27,721 bases of DNA from the IMG/VR virus record IMGVR_UViG_3300032239_000181, positions 1 to 27,721 of that record. One strand, given 5' to 3'. The notes beneath the pieces are model-generated. The model did not search any database and had not been told where the DNA came from. It was given only the letters and a program-made list of their open reading frames with translations. Within the stretch, counting starts at the first letter, position 1. The number at the start of each line of letters is the position of its first letter. The stretch is from a virus (lineage: Duplodnaviria > Caudoviricetes). The position numbers and the translations under genes are program-made. Below are positions 1 through 5,885 of the stretch, in pieces.

Positions 1-55
1 GTATTAGGGTTTTCCTTAGAAAATAACTTAATATTGTTGTATATTTGCTGATTGC

Positions 56-382
56 TTTTTGGTGGACGAACCTAGCCCACCTAGATTCGCCTTCAACTGT
101 TTGCTTTTCGGAGCCACAGAACCCGACAGTCGTTCAAGGAACCGGCACTATCTTCGCCACCGGTCTATGTGCTATTACATCCTTTATTCCCCCAGTAGCA
201 CTTCTATTCTGACCGCTGGTGGTGATGAATCCCCAATCAGAACGATGGGAACTAGAAGACAAAAACCCCTTAGTGGATACTTTGTTCTTGAAGAAGCTTA
301 AATAAATTCTTTAGGGAAACTTATCTAAACCAACAAAATACCCATTAAGGGGTTCTAAATCTGCGTCTTCAAGTTCGCAATA
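56..382 (-). ncRNA. Candidate long structured RNA / RNA-primer-type replication origin region
   Basis: At least 7 helices: 249-260/365-376, 264-286/332-354, 299-309/317-327, 207-214/235-242, 169-174/196-201, 141-146/159-164, 94-100/126-132, 65-75/81-91. Most mismatches become G-U pairs only on the minus strand. A promoter lies immediately upstream and there is no credible CDS. Confidence 0.75.
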
Positions 383-388
383 ATTAAA

Positions 389-418
389 ACTATATCATAA
401 ATTTTAAATTGTTTGCAA
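389..418 (-). promoter_or_regulatory. Sigma70-type promoter driving the structured RNA
   Basis: Minus strand TTGCAA (418-413), 18 nt, TATAGT (394-389), preceded by TGn (extended -10). Overlaps the cro stop codon. Confidence 0.65.
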
Positions 419-634
419 CTCTGGCCAAATAATATGCCAAGTCTTAGGGAATAAGTCTTTCCGGGTCACCAAACCTACTGATTCTTTTTCGATGGTTGCC
501 GCTATTAACATTAACGGGGCGGCTGGAATTGCGTTATTGTTGCGCCATTGACACACCGCTTGAACCGTTACCCCACATAGCTTTGCTACCTTTGCTGGCC
601 GGCCCAACATATCAATTAGTTGTGCATCTGTCAT
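404..634 (-). CDS. Cro/YdaS-like HTH transcriptional regulator
   Basis: 76 aa with HTH pattern (GRPAKVAKLCGVTVQAVCQW..IP) and C-terminal VTRKDLFP..W..IWPEL typical of Cro/YdaS-like proteins. AAGGA SD upstream. Confidence 0.85.
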   Translation of the reverse strand: MTDAQLIDMLGRPAKVAKLCGVTVQAVCQWRNNNAIPAAPLMLIAATIEKESVGLVTRKDLFPKTWHIIWPELQTI

Positions 635-648
635 TTATTTGTCCTTTT

Positions 649-716
649 ACTAAATTTTACTTTACAAGAACTAAATTTTACTTTACATTTGTAAGTACGG
701 CAATGTTGCCGTGATA
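649..716. promoter_or_regulatory. Divergent overlapping promoters with tandem operators and leader hairpin
   Basis: Plus: TTTACA(661-666)-17-TACATT(684-689). Minus: TTGCCG(703-698)-17-TAAAAT(680-675). Perfect 18-bp direct repeat ACTAAATTTTACTTTACA at 649-666 and 670-687. Palindrome at 697-712. Confidence 0.7.
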
Positions 717-733
717 AAAAAGGAGTAATAAAA

Positions 734-961
734 ATGGAATTCAGAACAGAAGCAGATGATTATGAAGCACAACACAATGACCAACTCCAAACAGAATTTA
801 GATTGGAAGAAATCTTTTTTACGTTAGAAAACGGTCAGCCACTAGATAGTGAGGAACTTGCATTACTGCGCTACTCATGCGGTATGCCAAAGAAACCTTA
901 CGTTAGCCCACTAAAAGAAATATTTGATGATTTCGCCGACATTTTCGGCAAAGGAAAATAA
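734..961 (+). CDS. Hypothetical early protein (acidic)
   Basis: 75-aa ORF with strong AAGGAG SD; first gene after the rightward promoter. Confidence 0.75.
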   Translation: MEFRTEADDYEAQHNDQLQTEFRLEEIFFTLENGQPLDSEELALLRYSCGMPKKPYVSPLKEIFDDFADIFGKGK

Positions 962-962
962 A

Positions 963-1604
963 ATGATAATTGCAAAGCAAAGTAGTAACAGTCAGTCCGA
1001 TTTTAAATTACCACCAGCCGGTAGCTTCATGGCCCGTCTTTATAGAATCATTGACATTGGAACTCAAACCACCGAATGGATGGGCAAGCGCAAAATGCAA
1101 CGCAAAATCATTGCGATGTTCGAGTTGCACGGTGAAGATAACGAGGGCAAGCCTTTACAAACGCCTGAAGGTAAGCCGCTAATTGTGTCTAAGCGTTACA
1201 CACTATCCTTAGATGAAAAAGCCACCCTACGTAAGGATTTAGAAGCCTGGCGTGGCAAAGCATTTACCCAGGAAGAACTGGACGGATTTAATTTGGATGT
1301 ATTGCTTGGAAAATGTTGCATGGTGTCAATTACTCACAGTAGTTATGAGGGCAAAGAGTACGCAAACATATCTAGCATTAGCCAAATCCCGTCAGCATTG
1401 AAAAAGCTTGGTGAACCTAAAGGCGTGAATGAATTAATGATATTTACACTTAATCCGTTTGACCAAAGCAAGTTTGAAAAGCTTTCGGAAGGTATGCAGG
1501 GAGTGATTAAAAAATCTTCTGAATACCGTAATACATTTGAACCAAATTCGGGTCCAATAACTTCTAGTTCGTTAGAAGCAATGGATGACGATATACCATT
1601 TTAG
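963..1604 (+). CDS. Phage single-stranded DNA-binding-like protein
   Basis: Start re-placed at ATG 963 (AAGGA SD). Beta-rich core (ARLYRIIDIGTQ, SKRYTLSL..KATLRKDLEAWRG, YANISSI) and acidic DDDIPF C-terminus like the SSB C-terminal tip. Confidence 0.75.
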   Translation: MIIAKQSSNSQSDFKLPPAGSFMARLYRIIDIGTQTTEWMGKRKMQRKIIAMFELHGEDNEGKPLQTPEGKPLIVSKRYTLSLDEKATLRKDLEAWRGKAFTQEELDGFNLDVLLGKCCMVSITHSSYEGKEYANISSISQIPSALKKLGEPKGVNELMIFTLNPFDQSKFEKLSEGMQGVIKKSSEYRNTFEPNSGPITSSSLEAMDDDIPF

Positions 1605-1613
1605 GGGAACAAT

Positions 1614-1817
1614 ATGAAACCAATGGTTAAGTTTATTGTTTGTGATTACTATACGGTTAAAACCCATCAGGATATAGGCCACGATGAAGAAACTGAAATC
1701 ATTGGTTTTAGTTATGAAGCTTTGTCCAAGTTTACCAGGGCTTTAATTACTGAAGCGGCTTGCCTGGTCAGGGACCCCCAAGATAGAAATTTAATTTTAA
1801 AAACACTAGGTGAATAA
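1614..1817 (+). CDS. Hypothetical protein
   Basis: 67 aa, AGGGG SD, tightly packed in the operon. Confidence 0.65.
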   Translation: MKPMVKFIVCDYYTVKTHQDIGHDEETEIIGFSYEALSKFTRALITEAACLVRDPQDRNLILKTLGE

Positions 1818-2087
1818 ATGAAATGTATTGACTGTAAATGGTTCGCCGGAACCGTAAATGATACGTATGGCTTATGCAAACGTTATCCTACGGCACAAAA
1901 CAAAACCCAACATGATTGGTGCGGTGATTACGTTAGTAAAGTTAAAGAAGAACCAGCTTCTAAATTGGAAATTAAGTTTGTAGAACCAACTGAGTATGAA
2001 GTTTCTACATCTGAACCAACTGAATACAACATTACAACTGATGAATTTAAACCAAAACGTGGAAGAAAACCAAAAAATGTTGATTAA
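1818..2087 (+). CDS. Small Cys-rich (putative Zn-binding) protein with C-terminal AT-hook-like motif
   Basis: CxxC..C..WC N-terminus, EPTEY repeat, KPKRGRKPK C-terminus. Confidence 0.7.
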   Translation: MKCIDCKWFAGTVNDTYGLCKRYPTAQNKTQHDWCGDYVSKVKEEPASKLEIKFVEPTEYEVSTSEPTEYNITTDEFKPKRGRKPKNVD

Positions 2088-2865
2088 AGAACGTCAATCG
2101 GAAGCCGGGCATTGGTATGACGAACAAGGACAACCAGCTTACACCATTGTTGGTAAAAATGGCAATTTACGGCCCACAACATTACGTGATGCCCGTGTCC
2201 TTAAATTAAAACCTAGCGTTTCCGGAATTATTAGCGTGGCCGCCAAGCCGGGCTTGGACACATGGAAGCAACAGCAAGTTCTTTTAAGTGCTTTAACACT
2301 TCCTCGTTTGCCTGGTGAACCGGAAAAAGATTGGCTTGAACGGGTCATGATGGATTCAAAGCAAACTGGACGGGTGGCCGCTGATAGAGGAACTAGCATC
2401 CATGCTACGTTACAAGCCTATTTTGAAGGCGTAATAGTTCCTGAAATAGTGCCGCTTTGCCAACCTGTCGAAGAAGCCATTAAAACGCATTTTGGGCAAC
2501 TTTCCCTGTTGCCGGAACTATCCTTTACCCATAGTCTTGGATACGGTGGTAAAGCTGATTTAGTGGCTAAACCAATCAATATATTTGAAGGTGTTTGTAT
2601 TGATTTAAAAACCAAAGAAACTGACGATATTTCCAAAGTTGATGTATGGCCGGAACACGGTATGCAATTAGCGGCCTACCGTCAAGGTTTTAATATGCCC
2701 AAAGCACGTTGTGCCAATGTATTTGTTGGTTATAAGATGGTTAATGGAATTACCCAGTTTACTGGCGTTAAAGTTGTGGAACATGAAGCCGATGACCTAG
2801 ACCGTTACTGGTTAATGTTTACTAAATTGTTAGAGTTTTGGCAGTTAAAGAACAATTACAAATAA
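2077..2865 (+). CDS. PD-(D/E)XK family exonuclease (RecB/Cas4-like phage nuclease)
   Basis: Start re-placed at ATG 2077. Motifs HWY, PSVSGII, RGTSIH, E..F, GYGGKADL, IDLKTK, QLAAY. Confidence 0.85.
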   Translation: MLIKERQSEAGHWYDEQGQPAYTIVGKNGNLRPTTLRDARVLKLKPSVSGIISVAAKPGLDTWKQQQVLLSALTLPRLPGEPEKDWLERVMMDSKQTGRVAADRGTSIHATLQAYFEGVIVPEIVPLCQPVEEAIKTHFGQLSLLPELSFTHSLGYGGKADLVAKPINIFEGVCIDLKTKETDDISKVDVWPEHGMQLAAYRQGFNMPKARCANVFVGYKMVNGITQFTGVKVVEHEADDLDRYWLMFTKLLEFWQLKNNYK

Positions 2866-2869
2866 TAAA

Positions 2870-2970
2870 AAGGCGGCTAACTAGACATTGAAGGATGCAA
2901 CAATTTGGGGTTTTTTCTAGTTTCCACCCAATTGATAGCAGTTGTTAAATTCACGCCTTGTTGTTTTTTT
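2870..2970 (+). ncRNA. Candidate small structured RNA (pseudoknot-capable) followed by a U-tract
   Basis: Closing stem AAGGCG(2870-2875)/CGCCTT(2954-2959). Inner stems GCAAC/GTTGT and CAATTTGGG/CCCAATTG. AACTAGA(2879-2885) is complementary to loop TCTAGTT(2916-2922). T-run at 2964-2970. Confidence 0.5.
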
Positions 2971-2971
2971 A

Positions 2972-3039
2972 ACTAAACAATGCTTTACAACTAAAGAAAT
3001 CTTTAGTAAATTAATAAATACCGCAATGTTGCGGTGATA
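2972..3039 (+). promoter_or_regulatory. Second early promoter with two operators and leader hairpin
   Basis: TTTACA(2984-2989)-17-TAAATT(3007-3012). ACTAAA-N5-CTTTA at 2972 and 2990. TACCGCAATGTTGCGGTGATA at 3019-3039 matches 696-716. Confidence 0.7.
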
Positions 3040-3055
3040 CATAAAGGAAATCAAA

Positions 3056-3352
3056 ATGAGTAAATTATTTGACGATATTATTTGTGCAATTTTGTTTATT
3101 GGCACACTTTTGGCATTGTTGTTTTTAACTGGATGTTCTACGCCAGGAACAATTTATAGCCAAGCACCAACGCAACAGTTAATATTAGATAAACAGGTAA
3201 CTAGCTTAACCAGGAATGAGGTTATAAACGGCGTTACTGAATGTGAAGGGGCTGGCCTACGTGCTCATGTAATTACCACTAAACGTTCAATTAATGGCTT
3301 TAATGCCGATGTTCCAATTGAAGTAACTTGTATGCCTAAATATAAATATTAA
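3056..3352 (+). CDS. Putative lipoprotein
   Basis: Hydrophobic signal ending in lipobox LTGC; AAGGA SD. Confidence 0.75.
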   Translation: MSKLFDDIICAILFIGTLLALLFLTGCSTPGTIYSQAPTQQLILDKQVTSLTRNEVINGVTECEGAGLRAHVITTKRSINGFNADVPIEVTCMPKYKY

Positions 3353-3363
3353 AGGGGAATTAT

Positions 3364-3567
3364 ATGAATGAACATATTTGGACGGCAACGGGAACTAATA
3401 TTGAAGTTCGGTGGCGTTTAGCTGGTTGGATACCACCTTCAGAACTTTTAGAATATCGCAATAAATGGAAGTATTATCAAAATCTTCCTATGCGAAATCT
3501 TGATGATTCAGCAAAAGAACAATATGAACACGTAATGCGTAAAGCCAAAGTAATAAGGATTAAATGA
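3364..3567 (+). CDS. Hypothetical protein
   Basis: 67 aa, AAGGGG SD, Trp-rich N-terminus (HIWTATGTNIEVRWRLAGWIPPSE). Confidence 0.7.
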   Translation: MNEHIWTATGTNIEVRWRLAGWIPPSELLEYRNKWKYYQNLPMRNLDDSAKEQYEHVMRKAKVIRIK

Positions 3568-3836
3568 AACCACATAAAAATGCAGAATTAATTAAAGCTT
3601 GGGCAGATGGTGCAATTATTCAATATTTTAATCCCCAAGAAAACGAATGGATAGATTGTAATCCTGATTGGAATTTTAAAGATAAATATCGTTTAAAACC
3701 TTTATTGGAAATACCACATAATTTATTAGTTGAAATAGATAAATTTGGTTTTTTAACAATAAAATATTCCCAAGAACCCAATTTAAAACTTCTTATTGAT
3801 AAAAATGGAACAATAAAATCAGCAAAACTTATTTAG
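3564..3836 (+). CDS. Hypothetical phage protein (KPHKxAELIKAWADGA type)
   Basis: 90 aa, coupled to the upstream gene; N-terminus of a type I recognise from small phage proteins of unknown function. Confidence 0.75.
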   Translation: MKPHKNAELIKAWADGAIIQYFNPQENEWIDCNPDWNFKDKYRLKPLLEIPHNLLVEIDKFGFLTIKYSQEPNLKLLIDKNGTIKSAKLI

Positions 3837-3987
3837 CTTTTGGGTGGGCCTTATTCATAGGCTCACTTTCATGTTTTTTTAATTCTTTTTTAAGTTCAAA
3901 AAGTCCATTACGCAGTTGAATCATTTCTTTATCTTCACGTTTTTGTGTAGCTTTTGATTCAACTTCTTCTTTTTTTTCATTGTGCAT
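3829..3987 (-). CDS. Small charged coiled-coil protein (52 aa), not in the ORF track
   Basis: Manual translation MHNEKKEEVESKATQKREDKEMIQLRNGLFELKKELKKHESEPMNKAHPKAK*. GGA SD; exactly fills the gap after the endolysin. Confidence 0.6.
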   Translation of the reverse strand: MHNEKKEEVESKATQKREDKEMIQLRNGLFELKKELKKHESEPMNKAHPKAK

Positions 3988-3999
3988 TTTGTTATCCAA

Positions 4000-4599
4000 T
4001 CAAGAATTTTGTAATATTGTTAATACCTTACTAATGTTTGCTTTACGTTCAGCAAGCCCCAATATGCCGCCATTAATACGTTTAGTCATCGTATCATAAT
4101 CAGCTTTATCTGCGTAATCGTTAAGGTGCCTAGTGGACCAAAACCAACCAGCACTTAAACAAGCATATTCCGGCGTTGCCACCAATTCAGGATGTTCTAT
4201 TATTTCAGGCTTGCCAATAGCAGTAGCAAACGCCGTATAATTTGCACGTCCAGTCAACTGGATAATGCCTCTGCCAAAAAATAAACCGCCGTCACCATCT
4301 TTGTTATTACCTAAATCAGAACGATGTCCGTAGATTAATTCACCAATAGCGGCCTTATTTTTAGCTACCGCATTTTGTGCATTTATTAACGATATTCTTG
4401 GCCAAACTTGCGTAATTCTGACCGCTGAATAATTAAGGTTTTCTTCTAAGTGAGTAAAATTAGACTCAACCATACATTGACCAATAAAACTAGCCATCCT
4501 GGCCGGTGTATTAATGTCAAACTTTTCAAAAGTATCGTTTAATGGTTGTAACCATTTATCATCAATACCAATTTTTTGAAGTTGTTCAATTGTAATCAT
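4000..4599 (-). CDS. Endolysin, glycoside hydrolase family 19 (chitinase-like)
   Basis: Motifs FIGQCMVES..F..LEENLNYS, GDGGLFFGRGIIQLTGRANY, SAGWFW, TKRINGG..GLAER. Confidence 0.92.
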   Translation of the reverse strand: MITIEQLQKIGIDDKWLQPLNDTFEKFDINTPARMASFIGQCMVESNFTHLEENLNYSAVRITQVWPRISLINAQNAVAKNKAAIGELIYGHRSDLGNNKDGDGGLFFGRGIIQLTGRANYTAFATAIGKPEIIEHPELVATPEYACLSAGWFWSTRHLNDYADKADYDTMTKRINGGILGLAERKANISKVLTILQNS

Positions 4600-5003
4600 T
4601 TAGAAGCTACTCCTTGCACTTTTTCAAATGTTCGTAAACCACCCATACCCAGCATACCCATCATAAGTTGCCAAAGGTTATCATCAAGCCCAGGTAACGG
4701 TGGAATAGTCATGCCTAAAAGGCTTGCTATAGTGCCACCTAACGGGCGTACAAGATATTGGTATGTTAATGCCAAAGCACATACCCAACCGATTGCCGGC
4801 CGCCATCCTGACACGAATACAGATGAATTAGCGGCTTCCGTTTTATTAATATCTGTTTGAGCCGTCATAATGGCCAACTCACCATTTTGTTGAAGTTCTA
4901 AAAGTTTAAGTTTGGCTTCAGATGCTTGGGCCGGGTCAGGAAATATTTTATTAATTAGGGTTGTCCCTAAGTCTAATGCGGCAGAAATTGGGTCTAATGA
5001 CAT
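4596..5003 (-). CDS. Holin, 3TM GTA-type family
   Basis: FVSGWRPAIGWVC and LMMGMLGMGGLRTFEK motifs; adjacent to the endolysin. Confidence 0.85.
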   Translation of the reverse strand: MSLDPISAALDLGTTLINKIFPDPAQASEAKLKLLELQQNGELAIMTAQTDINKTEAANSSVFVSGWRPAIGWVCALALTYQYLVRPLGGTIASLLGMTIPPLPGLDDNLWQLMMGMLGMGGLRTFEKVQGVASK

Positions 5004-5293
5004 TATTTATTCCTTTTAAAGTGCAGTATAGCTAAATCAAAAATAATAATAGACGCACCAATATCTTTAGTTATCCACAATGGAAAAAACGTATCTACTG
5101 GATATGAGCCGTAATCAATAAAATATAATGTACGCATAATTTGTACGATTAATCCAGCGGTCATTATAAAAATACCAATCTTGGATAACATACGCATATC
5201 TGTAAAAAACCCACTAAATGCTAAATAAGCTACGGTTAATATTGCAACCAATTCAATTATTAAAACACCTATTAACCAATAAATAACTGTCAT
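5003..5293 (-). CDS. Membrane protein (about 3 TM), lysis region
   Basis: Three hydrophobic segments, basic C-terminus, overlapping stop/start coupling. Confidence 0.7.
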   Translation of the reverse strand: MTVIYWLIGVLIIELVAILTVAYLAFSGFFTDMRMLSKIGIFIMTAGLIVQIMRTLYFIDYGSYPVDTFFPLWITKDIGASIIIFDLAILHFKRNK

Positions 5294-5646
5294 TTTTTTA
5301 CTCTTGGTTTACGTTTTAATTCGTCAGCGATTTCTTTAATGTCCATGTGCTCACGTTTACTCATATAGTTTGACACCCAATTGATAACGGCCACGCTACA
5401 AAGACCTAACACCCATGACAAACCAATTAATACATCTAAATGGTCAACATTAATACCTAATTTTTCAGCCGCTATACCTGTGAATGAAAAGCCAGCCATT
5501 GAACTAATACCGCCAGCAATAAATATAGATGCAACTTTACCTTTTTCTTGTAATTTTTCCGGTGTCCAAAACATGGCTAAACTTAACCCACCAAATAAAC
5601 CCCCAATGGCCGGGGCTAATTTTTCAATAAAAAAGTTATCTAACAT
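5290..5646 (-). CDS. Membrane protein (holin-like, about 3 TM)
   Basis: Start re-placed at ATG 5646 (TAATG overlap). Gly-rich TM helices and a basic tail. Confidence 0.7.
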   Translation of the reverse strand: MLDNFFIEKLAPAIGGLFGGLSLAMFWTPEKLQEKGKVASIFIAGGISSMAGFSFTGIAAEKLGINVDHLDVLIGLSWVLGLCSVAVINWVSNYMSKREHMDIKEIADELKRKPRVKK

Positions 5647-5885
5647 TATTTTCCAGCAAACCAATGAACTGCCCAACCACCTAAAGTGCTTAAAGCCGTT
5701 AACATACCAATGGCCAACCAACTAGCACCTTTTTGTTGTGCATGGGCTTCTAAAAGCTTTTCTATATTGGTTTCCAATTTGTCCATTTTTTTGCACATGA
5801 CATCAAATTTTTCTTCGTATCCTTCAACTTTTTGCCAAAGAACACCATACTTTACAGGGTCAATTTCAAACATGGTCGTTTCCAT
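5646..5885 (-). CDS. Coiled-coil plus C-terminal TM protein (XhlA/holin-like architecture)
   Basis: IDPVKYGVL, heptad stretch, then a single hydrophobic helix. Confidence 0.65.
   Translation of the reverse strand: METTMFEIDPVKYGVLWQKVEGYEEKFDVMCKKMDKLETNIEKLLEAHAQQKGASWLAIGMLTALSTLGGWAVHWFAGK

Noticed and set aside
252-293. Extra short matches to ColE1 (CTTCAAGAAC, CTTCTAGT) near the RNA I promoter, and a possible RNA I-like antisense promoter (TTGAAG at 288-293)
   Set aside because: The two matches are in reversed order relative to ColE1 and no acceptable -10 follows TTGAAG; treated as chance.
59-301. 80-aa plus-strand ORF
   Set aside because: No SD, atypical composition; antisense to the structured element, whose G-U pairs favour the minus strand.
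496-714. Plus-strand ORF over cro and the promoter region
   Set aside because: Shadow of cro and the operator repeats.
2077-2865. CRISPR-associated Cas4 or CRISPR array
   Set aside because: No Fe-S Cys cluster pattern, no other cas genes, and no repeat-spacer array anywhere in the window.
2870-2960. Possible tRNA
   Set aside because: No T-arm GTTC or D-arm consensus, no cloverleaf, no CCA end.
2917-3105. 62-aa minus-strand ORF
   Set aside because: Spans the promoter and the lipoprotein start on the opposite strand; no good start context.
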